64,000 nt of DNA from Octopus vulgaris (GCA_951406725.2 OX597820.1:63488001-63552000), one strand, 5' to 3'; positions 12,114 to 25,219 are shown, counted from the stretch's first letter. Numbers and translations: made by a program. Notes: a model not told the origin generated them from the letters alone.

Positions 12114-12589
12114 TTAACCCCATGTAATATATGTCAGCATATCCTTCGATTACGCTGCATTAGTAAACAATGTTTTTACTCACATATGTGCCATTTAACT
12201 TACACCTACCCACTATCCTTCGGTCAGATTCACAATTATATTCGCACTTTATTAATTATGATTGGTAGAGGAAGTGACTTCATTAATAATGATTCATTAT
12301 CTAATTACGTATTTCTGAGACTTGAACATATTTCGAACATTTAAGCAAAATATTTGTCCGCATATTTAATGTTTTTACATTACATAATAACAAATAGTAA
12401 ACGAACTCTGAATTACACTGGTTATTTTATCATCCGATTACAATGTATTTGTTGAAAGTGATAAGGCCATCTTCCAAATAACATATCGTACCACTAAGAG
12501 TGTACTGATAAACTTATATACGGCTTCAGATCCCTAGCCTGTGTTTGATAGTATGTTATTAGTAATGTATAGTTTCCAATCATTAGATT

Positions 12590-12820
12590 GGCTAGTTCTA
12601 GCAAGCCTTGCTACCCTAGACGGATGACGAGCAAGACTCAGGAATATGCATGTCTCTAGGTGCAGGCTCTAGCTAGTGGGGATGCTTGTCTCCCGTTCGC
12701 AAATATATGGACACAGGAAATGTGTCAAAGCCGAGAGGAAGCGTCGATGCTTCCTACGGCTAAATAGCGGTGCTGTGATACCCTTTACGGGACTGTCAGG
12801 TTAAGTTGACAGTATACAAC

Positions 12821-12823
<3 letters not shown>
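12590..12823 (+). mobile_element. Diverged single-unit relative of the 360-bp retrozyme-like element
   Basis: 12690-12764 aligns with the reverse complement of 4221-4295. A decayed HHR sits at the equivalent position, and the element ends in (TA)n. Confidence 0.7.
12615..12660 (+). ncRNA. Decayed type I hammerhead motif
   Basis: CCUAGA-CGGAUGA-CGAG CAAGA CUCA-GGAAUAUGCAUGUC^UCUAGG. Stem I is a perfect 6 bp and stem III is near-palindromic. There are two core substitutions (U4G, A13G). Confidence 0.6.
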
Positions 12824-12860
<37 letters not shown>

Positions 12861-13397
12861 CACCAATACAGGCACATGCACACATTTTTATACATACTGA
12901 ATTTCCGTTTCAATTTATTATTTGTATAGAATATATGAAATGCTCTTTTTTTTGTTTTTATGATTCTAAATCTATCAAATTACAATGGTATTTTTTTTCC
13001 TAATACGCAGAAAATTTGTCGTTTTACGTTTAGATTTGTAAAATTCTTAATAAATTATTCACAAATTTTTCTGTAGATATTTACATGACTGAGCAACATT
13101 TGTGAGGAGAGGTTTTGCGTGTAATAGTAAAGTGATGGATAGAGATTTCTAGATTAAAGCACTGAGAAATAGATACGGTGCAAGTGAAGCGATAGGTGAG
13201 AAAAGCTCCAATCAAGTTTGATGACAGCTGAAGATAAGCATTGACAAAGAACCAAAAATTACAGGTAGGGTAAAACGAGAAAGGGTGAGTGGTGACAGGC
13301 AAGAAGTAGAAGGTAAATAGAAAGGAAATAATGAGAAAGGAGGCGAAACTAAATTCGTGCACAATTGTCTAGAAATGTAAATGCTACATAATCGTGC

Positions 13398-13432
<35 letters not shown>

Positions 13433-16400
13433 CGTGTGAGTGTGTGTGTATATGAGGGTAATATGGTTCGTATATATAGAGAGATTTTTGAATATGTGCG
13501 CAGAGAGATATACACATGCATTGCCACAAATAAAAAGATGGATACAAATTCGGTCACTTTAATTATTGATCGATCTGTCAATCTATTCCCGCTCTCCTCT
13601 CTCCCTTTCTTTCTCTCTGTCCCTCTCTTTCCTGCTCTCGCTCTCTCCATCTATATAAATAAGTTCACAAAATTGTGTCTATGAATATGAATATAAGTGA
13701 ATATCTGCATATTGCTACAGAGACACCCTGGATGATTGACAAATTTGGGGACAGAAGATTGGATTTCTGAAGAGATAACTGGACCAAACAAGTAATAAGA
13801 GAATATCATCAACAATGAATCTTTAAGAGCTGGATTTAAAGTAATTTATGGCAATAATTAGAGACAAAAGGCGAGCTTTCACAAGAATAATTTTATTTCC
13901 TGTAATATAAAGTATAATTCTCTTGGCAGTTTAGGAATGACGAAAACCAGAAAGGAGAAAGCTAATTCAAAGATTATAGATCCAACCTATCACTGGAACT
14001 GTAAAAATCTGCAAAATCTTCCAGAAGTTATAATTTGGGTATAAATGAGCATGTCTAGACATGCATAAGAATACATAAATAATACAAAACATACATTTCT
14101 GCACATCTATATACTCTTCAAAAATACCCTGTTGATGCTGCAATTTCAGTGTGCAATTGTATCTGTTCTAAGCGGTAGTAAGAATTCAGGCCAGTTAATT
14201 TATTTTTTGACATATTTCAACATCTACTTTGTAAAAGAATCTCTGCTGTTTCCATGGAGGAAGAATTCTTGCTTTTGCTTTTTCTGAATATTTAAACTAC
14301 CTCGTTAGGAGATAATGAGGAGAGGTAACTCTAGTGGATTCTAAAGCCATAGCTTTGCCTTAAAACGAGCAAGAACACTGTTAGGCCACCTTTTGGGATT
14401 AAAATCAATAGTATCAGCGCTAAGTTATAATGAGTAAGAAATGAATTTTAGATAAGTTAAAATACGTTTTTGATTTATTTCAACTTCTTAATGCAAATTC
14501 ACTACAGTCAAAACTGAGAAAAGGATCAAAACCTAAAATTATTGTAAAAAGTGAAAAAACGCCATATCTGATCTATATCTCTCCCTGTCTGACACCCAGA
14601 AATGTTTCTGGCTCCTTAACCCTCCTCATTCGGCGACAACGAAGAGAGATAACACGAATCGACTCTAAAGATATTATCCCAAAGTATCCAACGATGAATG
14701 TTATCTTAAACGTGGTATAAAATCAGTTAAAAATTAGATGAAGAGTTTATTTGCTGCTATTACAATTGTTTCGTTAAGAATTTTTATTGTGACGTAGACA
14801 TCGTACATGTAGGTGTGCAGTATGCACGACATCGGTAAGATTACGTAATATTACTCAACCCTCAAATCCCCAGGCTTGCCAAATAGATATGGCAGCAGTA
14901 GCAGGTTTCTTAATCAACAGATGAAATTTTTAATCAGGTGCACCAACATGTAAGATGTCAGAAGACGACATCCCCATCACGAGGGTCGATAGTAGAGCGA
15001 GGTTTTATATTAATGAAGATTTAAAGCTATTTCTATTCTAACGATGGCAATAAAATTAAAGCACTCGCTCATAAAAGTTGGTACTGGCAAAACATGCTTG
15101 TACGCTGACAGAAAGCAGGCACCAAACATGACACTGACCCTATTAAAACATACTCTGAGAAGTTCCCGCCGTTAGCCTAAAGCAACCAGTTACTGTATTA
15201 TGTTGTTTGGTACATTAGGCGTGACATGGTTAAGAAATTCTTGCGTTACTTATACATTTACTTTATTCATCAATATTAAAATGCTCCAATTAATTATTGC
15301 AGAGGTAATACAGAATTAGCTTCGATTAATGGAGATCCAGTTAATAATTATTCAGGGGAAATAGCTTAAGGAAAATCGCAGATTAATGAAGGTCTGTGCG
15401 AAAGGCCGTGTGAAGAAGGAATGGAAGTAAAAGGAAGACAAGTATTTAATATACAGAGAAAGCTATGATCCCATTGCAAGAAGCATAAACTATAAATGCT
15501 TTAATAGAAACAGAACAGAATATATCATTGACAAGAAGACTACATTGGGATAAATAGATAAATGTATAAACCATAATGAATGGAATTACCTAAGGCGAAA
15601 CTCACCGTCAACATAAAAGTATAAATGTATAAATTCATTTTAGTTAAATACCGAAATTTACGCGCAACAGAACTTTAAAGAAGCTACTACTTGAAAGAAG
15701 AAATATAACAGAGGATGAAAAAATAGACCATTTCTTCCTGATAAAATACAAACAAGAAAAAAACGAGACGTGAATCCTGACGTGTCTAGTAATCAATATG
15801 GTCTCATTGTTATTGAAAGTAAGGCAGATGATATAAACCATATAGGTTTAGTAAATAGATAAATCTTAATCATAACGATTTAGAAATTATGAGAAGTAAC
15901 AGGAATGTGTCAAAGAATTTGTAAGAACTATAAATAATTATGGGTGCCATAAAGGTTCAAAAATGTTAAAATGATTTATTGTCATATACTGAATCCTAAA
16001 TAATTTTAAAGGCGCCTTAATTGGGAAGATAAAGCAAAAAATAAAAGATGACATTAAAGGCTAGATGCAGGTTGGAATAATTTTATCTAGTACGCCTGAT
16101 GAGTTGTAAGTTGCGTAACATATTATGTAATATCATTGATTTTGGTTTACTGCCTACATGAAACTAACATGTTTACGTCAAAATAACATCTCCTAACGAA
16201 GCAGTTGTAGAAATACCATATAACATTTTTGCCTATTCATGTGTGTGTGCGCGCGCGTGAGCTTGTTTATTTCTGTGCTCCATTAGTAGGATGTGATGAC
16301 TAAACAGAAGGGTCAAGCGTAGCTGGGTGTAATAAGCTTGTTTCCCATCTAGAGATTTCCTGGTTCAGTCCCACAGCGTGGCCCTTTGGGCAAGTGTATT

Positions 16401-16434
16401 ATAGCATAGCCTCGCGCCGACCAAATGTTGGCGA

Positions 16435-16495
<61 letters not shown>

Positions 16496-16585
16496 TATAA
16501 AAATAAATATAAGAGAGTGGTCACTATATGGCTCACTCTAGCACTAGTAAATCCAAAAAGTTTCAACCACAAAAATACAGATTAT

Positions 16586-16665
16586 TTTGGGACAATTGTT
16601 TCGCTATTAATGAATTAAATGTAATTTTACTCACAAAAAATCCACTTGTAGCTCCTCAGCCCAAA
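16586..16665 (-). ncRNA. Type I hammerhead ribozyme (inverted copy of 17081-17160)
   Basis: Reverse complement of the motif at 17081-17160. Confidence 0.75.
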
Positions 16666-17080
16666 CTATCTGGATGAAATCCACTCAATCACACGCCAGA
16701 TTTTACCATAACGATAAATACACGTGTGGTTCAATTGATTACATCCGACGTTATAATTCAAATGCCCCTACCAAATGCCCCTACCAACATTATAATATAT
16801 TATAAAATATTATAATAATCCAGGTTTCTCGGGGCACTGGGCCACTTGGTGTTGAATAGATATACTATTAAATTAGTATCTAATTCTCTCACCCTTATTA
16901 ATTAATTATAATATTTATGCTACATTTATTTCTAAATGTAGTATTTGTTTCCGTGAAAGTTTGGCGCGCTGTTGGTAGGGGCATTTGAATTATAACGTCG
17001 GATGTAATCAATTGAACCACACGTGTATTTATCGTTATGGTAAAATCTGGCGTGTGATTGAGTGGATTTCATCCAGATAG

Positions 17081-17160
17081 TTTGGGCTGAGGAGCTACAA
17101 GTGGATTTTTTGTGAGTAAAATTACATTTAATTCATTAATAGCGAAACAATTGTCCCAAA
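17081..17160 (+). ncRNA. Type I hammerhead ribozyme, canonical core
   Basis: UUUGGG-CUGAGGA-GCUA..(long loop)..UAGC-GAAAC AAUU GUC^CCAAA, with G10.1-C11.1 and palindromic stem III ACAAUUGU. Confidence 0.75.
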
Positions 17161-17320
17161 ATAATCTGTATTTTTGTTATTTTTTATTTGCCCTGTTCGT
17201 GTGAGCTAACAATCGTACTGACTTTCATGGGAAACATGTATTTTTGTGGTTGAAACCTTTTGGATTTACTAGTGCTAGAGTGAGCCATATAGTGACCACT
17301 CTCTTATATTTATTTTTATA

Positions 17321-17373
<53 letters not shown>

Positions 17374-17762
17374 TCGCCAACATTTGGTCGGCGCGAGGCT
17401 ATGCTATAATACACTTGCCCAAAGGGCCACGCTGTGGGACTGAACCAGGAAATCTCTAGATGGGAAACAAGCTTATTACACCCAGCTACGCTTGACCCTT
17501 CTGTTTAGTCATCACATCCTACTAATGGAGCACAGAAATAAACAAGCTCACGCGCGCGCACACACACACATGAATAGGCAAAAATGTTATATGGTATTTC
17601 TACAACTGCTTCGTTAGGAGATGTTATTTTGACGTAAACATGCTAGTTTCATGTAGGCAGTAAACCAAAATCAATGATATTACATAATATGTTACGCAAC
17701 TTACAACTCATCAGGCGTACTAGATAAAATTATTCCAACCTGCATCTAGCCTTTAATGTCAT

Positions 17763-17804
<42 letters not shown>

Positions 17805-17808
<4 letters not shown>

Positions 17809-17995
17809 ACAAGTTAATCCAAACATGAAAACACAAAGAGAAAACACAGCAACGCGAGAACGTGGAACAAATATAGTATTATTGGACGCTCAGGAAGGAA
17901 GGGAAGAAGGAGGGTTTTACGTTTCGAGCGGGGCTCTTCGTCAGAAACATAGGAAAAGGAAAGATCCAGAGAAGGGAAGACAGAGGAAAAAAATA
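17805..17995 (-). mobile_element. Short PLE-terminus-like element inserted in (TA)n (family P1)
   Basis: Homologous to 48552-48765 (+) and 59575-59692 (-). Flanked by (TA)n and carries a minimal HHR. Confidence 0.75.
17914..17948 (-). ncRNA. Minimal type I hammerhead ribozyme (PLE-type)
   Basis: GUUU-CUGACGA-A-GAGC CCC GCUC-GAAAC GUA^AAAC. The loopless palindromic stem III (ACGU) is typical of dimer-acting PLE hammerheads. Confidence 0.85.
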
Positions 17996-18005
17996 TTTGT
18001 ATATG

Positions 18006-18107
<102 letters not shown>

Positions 18108-18811
18108 CACACACAAACACGCGACAGGCTTCCTTCGTGATACATATGTGTTTGTGTGTGAGTGTGTGCGTTTATCCCCCTGTCATTGCTTCACAATCAC
18201 TTTTGGTGCGCATATGTCTCTGTAACATAGTGGTTCTGAAAAAGCGATCGATGGAATAATTACTAGGATTTTCCAAAAAAAAAATGCAAATCCTGGAGTC
18301 CATTCGTTCGACTAAAACCATTCAACGCGGTACTGTAGTATAACCGCCAGCAAATGACTGAAATAAGTGAAAGCATAAAGAATATATATATCATTGCAAT
18401 AATTATAACGATGCAGAACATGGAGAGCTGTTCATCTTCAAAATTTATTTCTCAGTATTTTACAATTTTACACTACACTATTATGGGATTTATAACCAAC
18501 ATTTGTTTCCACACACCGATTACGAGCAGTTGCAGACACAACGTGAGATGATTGTCGGTGCAGCCCCACCATGGTCAGACCATTTGGTCAGTTTTTAAGT
18601 TAATTAAGTAGAGTAAGATTTTTGTTTGTTAGGATTCGGGGAAGAGACAGTAGGGTTGTTTGTAATTGAAACCTGAGCCGTTTGAATGCATACATACATA
18701 CATACATACATACATACATACAAACAGACATATTGTTATTTGGGACATAGGGGCAAAGGTAGGTACATCATACAGGTAAAAAGAGTACATACACACATAT
18801 ATATATATGTG

Positions 18812-18866
<55 letters not shown>

Positions 18867-18899
18867 ATGTATATATGTATATATATATATATATATATA

Positions 18900-19705
18900 T
18901 TCTTGTAAATTTGGTACGACTCTACACTCTGTCTGTCTCTCTCTCTTACATTTACTTCGCATTCTTCGTTGATCTGTCCCCTTCTCTCTCTCTTCTCTCT
19001 ACTCATCCTCCTTTTCTCTTGCCTCTGATTCTGTGGTCTACTCTTCCCCTACCCTTCCATTTCATTGTCTTGCTTTGCACTCACAGGTCAATCTTTGACA
19101 CCCATCCCGTCTCCCCTCTCTAATTCCTTCTTTCTCTCTCTTCTCCCCCCTTGTTGCTTTCGTCCCTCTTCTCTCTCTCTTCCTTCCTTTGCCTCCCTTT
19201 CTTTTCTTTTCTTTTCTCTCTTCTCCGTCACGTGACTGCTGGCCAAAATCTGCCTTTCGGCCTCTGACCAGCGCCGTGACAACATCGTTGTCCTTGTTCG
19301 CCGTTAAGGCAATTTTTCCAAAATACGCCAGCCAAACTTGTTTGCACTGTTATTAGTCGTAAGACACCTGCTGTTTTTACCATTATTGCTTTTGTATTTC
19401 ATTATTGTTTTTTTGTTTTTTATATTCGTGTGGCACCGTCCGTTTTGCTGTCCCTGTGTTCGTATGCATTCGATCCTTCTTCCAGAAAATCTACGCTCCT
19501 AGCTTAGTTTTTCTAATGCTTGTTGCTTAGTTTTTCCTGAAGGGCTGGCCGGATCTAGTAATCTCAAGATTAATCAGCCGAAATTACTACGATGATCCGG
19601 TTCTTGACTGAAGACTGAGGGCTTCGAATGTCCTGTCTGTGTTTATTGTATCGTCTTCTAAGTGTTATGCGTTCTTGTCACAGTTTGTATTTTTCTACAT
19701 ATCAT
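18900..19705 (+). mobile_element. Interspersed element between (TA)n tracts carrying a permuted hammerhead
   Basis: (TA)n lies on both sides. The 5' part is pyrimidine-rich and the 3' part is structured. The PLE affinity is an inference. Confidence 0.5.
19543..19614 (+). ncRNA. Putative strand-scrambled, pseudoknotted hammerhead ribozyme
   Basis: All core nucleotides are present (CUGAAGA 19608-14, GAAA 19580-83, AUC 19561-63), with four fully paired helices in a non-standard strand order. Confidence 0.6.
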
Positions 19706-19706
19706 A

Positions 19707-19776
<70 letters not shown>

Positions 19777-20194
19777 GTATGTACAAATATGAATGCATAG
19801 ATCTCGACCCATAACTATTTCCCTAATTTTAATTTGATTACTCTCATTAATGTACGCTGGCTGGTATCTTGTTCGATCCGTTGTTCCTTCTCTTCCTATT
19901 GACTTCCATTGACCTGCAGATGTTAGTCTGAGAGACTGCCTGATGTATTACTACCATTTACGTCTCTCCACTTCTCTGTTGCTTTAAATAAATTGTTAAA
20001 CTCAAGTGGACATTACTGTTTTATGTAAGTTGAAAACCATAAAAACAAAAATGATAACAAATCATAAAAATTAAAGATGGAGTCTATAACAGCAGTTCAT
20101 GTAAAATACAACACAATCGCTTCAAATACAAACTGTATAAAATGTATTGATATATTTTTAGATTCTCCACTTCTCTCTTGTTTTAATGATATAT

Positions 20195-20229
<35 letters not shown>

Positions 20230-20346
20230 CATACATATGTGTTGTGTGTGTTATTCTGTTGGTGTGTGTAGGTGTGCGCGCGAGATAGTTGTATGTTTCA
20301 TTAGATATGTTTATACATCTCGTAACTGTATATTTATATAAGAGAA

Positions 20347-20378
<32 letters not shown>

Positions 20379-20954
20379 CTGTATGTGTCTGTGTTTATGC
20401 GTACACACACATGTATATATGAACCAATGTATGAGTATGTACGTATATGCATATAAACACATACACACGTACTTGCATATTGATATATTCGACTATATAT
20501 ACACACGCCCACACACATACACACAGATAGATAGATATACTCAAATATATGCACATTTACGTTGTCTGCTTCAACGAATCTCTCTTAGTAGGTTTGCTTT
20601 TTAAAAATCACTTTAATATGCCATGGAATAATTTGAAAAACCTTGGCTCAATCATCATTGAAAACTTGATAATTACTACAATTTTCAGAAACAAACCTAA
20701 CACCGGCAAAAACACACATATATATATATTTTAGATTCTCATAGAATATTCATTGTGGTAAGTGTTTTATATAACGGAAATCAGTTGACGCATTGTGAAT
20801 TTCATTCCGAATTCAGCGATACTAAGATGCATTAACGATGAATATGTCTTCTATGGTCTACAAACTATGACGTTGTGTTCAATATATCATATATCCTAAC
20901 TTGTTTGGTTTTGGTCTTTCTGTAGATATTCATATTTTTATAATAATAACTACA

Positions 20955-21105
20955 GGCTTACGAGTGGCTCTGTGGTAAGTAGCTTGCTTACCAACCAAAT
21001 CGTTCCAGGTTCAGTCCCACTGCGTGGCACATTGAGCAAGTGTCTTCTACTATAGCCTTGGGCCGACCACAGCCTGATGAGACGGAATCTGAATTAAGCC
21101 CTTTC
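20955..21105 (+). mobile_element. tRNA-derived CORE-like SINE, family B, 5' half
   Basis: GAGTGGCTCTGTGGTAAGTAGCTTGCTTACCAACC..GGTTCAGTCCCACTGCGTGGCAC..GCAAGTGTCTTCTACTATAGCC. The matching 3' half is at about 22290-22485, beyond nested insertions. Confidence 0.85.
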
Positions 21106-21113
21106 TATATATG

Positions 21114-21171
<58 letters not shown>

Positions 21172-21173
<2 letters not shown>

Positions 21174-22059
21174 ACTTATATAAAGTCCGTTCTGTCTGTG
21201 TGTGTGTCTTCTCGGATCTCGGGTATCCTCCATCCGATTGCGCTCAAATTTGATATGTAGATACCATATGTTATCAGGGCGTGTATAAGTCTTGAAAAAT
21301 TATAAAAATTGATTCCAGCTGAGAATACGATCGATATAGCCATTTTTGTCCTGCATTTCTTCCGTCATCCTGTACATAACTGCACCTTCCATTTTTTCGT
21401 GTTTTTGTACTGCTTAAAGGCAAGTTTCTTTCCTGCCAGGATTACTGTTTAAACCCTGTTTGTGCTCTCCCAGTCAAAAGCCTTATCATTACTGGTATTT
21501 TAAAATCTTCGGTTGCATAATTGTGAATAAAATCGTTTTTCTTTGGAATAGAAAAAAGTCTATCTTTATTTCTCCTTGTGCTGGTGTCTCAAATTTAGGT
21601 TAAATCAGTGTTTCTCAAAGGGGAGACCTATGGGACGGTCTGACAAGTTGTTTTGAGAAAATTTGGTTTAAATGTTTCACAACTCAGCACCGTCTATTGG
21701 ACGGGGGGGGGGCTGTTTGCTATCATACCCACAAATCTGTCACCTCACTACTAAATGTTTCTGACATTTGTCACCCTACACACACAGTCACGCACACACA
21801 CACACAGGCACGAATCCAGTTATATACATACACACACACAAGCACTCAAACTCATTAACAATAGAATACACCCACGCATCCCCATACAATATAGCTTGCA
21901 CTCTATCCCCTTCCTAGAGCTTTCTCCTCCCAATCAAATTTGAACTCTTGAACTCTTTAGAACATTCTCCATCCAACCAACTTTGACGTCATTGCTTATA
22001 ACGGGATATTTTAAAGAAACGCTCATTATTACTGTGGACATCATGTGGGCAGTCATCTA
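21172..22059 (+). mobile_element. Probable non-autonomous Helitron
   Basis: The 5' part (TATATAAAG..CTGTCTGTGTGTG..CCGATTGCGCTCAAATTTG) resembles the element at 9888-10258. The 3' terminus is degenerate. Confidence 0.45.
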
Positions 22060-22095
22060 AAAGTTTCCGCTCTTCAGGGTGCTGACATAAGTTTC

Positions 22096-22184
22096 TAGTC
22101 TTTCCTGATGAGATGGCGGAATAATGCACCCTTTATTCCTTCGCAATAAGGAATATGCAGCCTTCGAAACATGTGTCGAGACTA
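22096..22184 (+). ncRNA. Type I hammerhead ribozyme, canonical core
   Basis: UAGUCUUUC-CUGAUGA-GAUGGC..(extended stem II)..GCCUUC-GAAAC AUGU GUC^GAGACUA. (TA)n follows at about 22228. Confidence 0.8.
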
Positions 22185-22224
22185 AAGGAATTTTGTTAAA
22201 ATCGTCGTTCGACTCCATTCTTTC

Positions 22225-22286
<62 letters not shown>

Positions 22287-22919
22287 GTGTGTGCATATGT
22301 TTGTGCGTCTGTGTTTGTCCTCCCAAGATCGCTTGACAACCAATGCTGGCGTATTTACATCAACAGAGACTGATAGAATAAATACTAGGCTTACAAACAA
22401 TAGGTCATGGGGTCGATTTGCTCGACTAAAGGCAGTGCTCCAGCATAGGTACAGTCAAATGATTGAAACAAGTAAAAGAGTAGAAGCATATACATGTTTG
22501 TGTGCTTGTGTGTGCGCGTGTGTGTGTGTGTGTGGACGAATGTATTTAAATATAGGCTAGGGGATAATGCCCAGATCCAAGTTCAGTTACACTGTGTTGT
22601 ACCTTGGGGAATTATCTTCTACTAAAGCACGAGGCCGGCAATATTTGTGAGTAAATTTTGTTAACAAAAAATGAAACGCGTCCCACGTATAATTATGGGT
22701 TTGTGTGCGTGTTTGTGTTAGCACGTGTGTGTATATATATGTGTGTTTATGTATGTGTTTGTATATATATGCATAAGAAGAAAACAGGGTTTTATTATTT
22801 CAACAATGAAAAAAGTTTAATTATACCATATAGAAAAAAATTATATCCTATAGAAAAAAATTATGGGTTTGTGTGCAGTAATGTACAAAATAACAAATAA
22901 AATGTATATAATTCGTAAA

Positions 22920-22996
22920 TGACTACACGTGTTTCTTGGCTATATTTAACAACTGATTACTGTGCAACAATTTAAATATAGCCACTCGTCAGGTCA
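22920..22996 (-). ncRNA. Type I hammerhead ribozyme
   Basis: UGAC-CUGACGA-G UGGCUAUAUUUAA..UUAAAUAUAGCCA A-GAAAC ACGU GUA^GUCA, with a 13-bp stem II and palindromic stem III ACACGUGU. Confidence 0.8.
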
Positions 22997-23082
22997 AAGA
23001 TAAAACCAATAATTTTGTGTTTTTCATTATTGAATTGATAAAAAAGTGGTTTTCTTCTAATTGATATATATATATATATATA

Positions 23083-23150
<68 letters not shown>

Positions 23151-23220
23151 TATATCTTGTGAAATTTGATTTAGTATTTCTAAATTGAATTTTTCCTTGT
23201 AAGTTTGAAATAATATTCCC

Positions 23221-23301
<81 letters not shown>

Positions 23302-23302
23302 C

Positions 23303-23370
<68 letters not shown>

Positions 23371-23371
23371 T
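23221..23371. repeat. (ATT)n followed by (AT)n
   Basis: Direct reading. Confidence 0.95.
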
Positions 23372-25186
23372 TAAGAATTCTTGAGAGTTGTATAGTCTGA
23401 ATTATATTTACAGGTCGGAGATGCATGATGAATTATTTTCATCCACTAGCGCATTCGAGGCATGCATGTAAATATCTTGTTTTAGAATATCTATAGAGAA
23501 GGCACGGAACCTTCATGTTAGTCCTTTGCTTGTCAGTCATTTCGAGAATATATTTCTTATCTCTCTTCTTTGTCAATATGAAGTTTAACCGTTTTGATTG
23601 CTATGTCTGATATTTTAGTAATTACGGAATATTATTCAGCATAGTAGGCTTAACCTCTTTGCCTTAATTCATCCCAATAAATTACAATAATTCTTACAAA
23701 TCGTTACAAAAATTCGTTTTACCAGGTTTACTTTTAAGTATACAAATCGCCAAAAATTTTGTACATACATAAGGTTCTAATCTTCGGCACGGCAGATTCT
23801 TGCTAGGCTAATGAGTTTCAAAATACATTAAAACACGTGTCCATATTTTCCTCCACCTTACATGCAAGAAGTAGACTTTTACATTTCGTTAACATAAAAA
23901 TTCATGAAGTTGTTCTATATTACTTTAAAATATGTCACATTTTAATCAAAATAGCAACGAATTGATAGATTTATTGCGAATCCAAGGCAATGCCCAGCAT
24001 TTAATAAATAATTTTGTGAGTATTTGTGCATGAGAGAGGGAGAGAGGAACAAAAACAGAGTGACGGAGAGAAAAACTGTATTTGTGTGTGTGTTCATTAT
24101 ACAGTGTAGCCCCCAAAATAGGTTTACAATTATTCAACTATATCCTTCGCATTCATATATTAACAGTTTACATATTAATTATAAAATATATGAAACCATT
24201 TGGTTAATTGCAAAATAGAAATTTAAATGTAAAAGATGTTCTAAAAGAAATTTAAAGTGCCTGTGTGTTAACTGTGAGTCTACATTTGTGACACCCTGTA
24301 TAGCTTTTTCATAAAATTTGTATAAATGTTAACCTGATGACGTGAGTTTCCCACTTCAGCAAATATTGATATTAATATTAATTAATATTCTTAAATGTTA
24401 TGCTGTTATGTAATGACAACACACATTTAACATTTCCATAAAGATTTATACATACATAGACAGACACAGGCGCACACATACACGCACATACACACACGCA
24501 CATACATACACATATACATATGCATACATACATGCATACATGCGTGCCCGTATATATGTAAATATATATATATACATATTTATATTCATCCATACACAAA
24601 ATTACAAATATCTACTACACACGTGCGCACATATAAACACACAACAGACAAATGAATGATTATTAATCCGGGCAAAATTCTTTATATATCTCTGTTGGTA
24701 CACCAGTCTAACAGTATTATGTAGATTAGTAAAGAAGTCCACGTATGCTCGTAACATCGTCCAAGGTTATAATTCATCACCATTTTATATTGTAAAGCCA
24801 TGGTTCTGTTCCATGTATACTGGTTCTTACACAGAGTTTTATACAAGACAAGACATATATAACGGTCATTTTAAATTTGTCTTTTTTGCTGCAAATTGCA
24901 AAGTTATGAGGATATGAACACACCAACACCTTTGCAAAAGAAGATGCTATTCTTATTCACATTTTTTCCCGTCAAATCTTTATTAATTTAGAGATTCTTC
25001 TGTGGATTTGGGGTATATTGCCTTTAACGAAGCAGATTTTCATATGGTAGGTACCCTGGTATATATAAATATATTTATGTATCTCATATATAGACTTAAT
25101 TTTGTCTGTATGGCTTTTACGCTCGCGGCCACTAACGTTATTAGTTTTAGGAATAAAAATGTTCTTACATACATACATACATAAAT

Positions 25187-25219
<33 letters not shown>

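Larger units (their letters stand above)
16044..17766. repeat. Large inverted repeat (arms 16044-16789 and 16970-17766)
   Basis: Near-identical reverse-complement arms around a spacer of about 180 bp. The arms contain unique-looking flank, a SINE remnant, (TA)n and an HHR-bearing element. Confidence 0.95.

Noticed and set aside
13700-16040. Host exons in the long non-repetitive stretch
   Set aside because: There is no ORF with a recognisable domain and no supportable splice pattern. Small exons cannot be excluded without RNA-seq.
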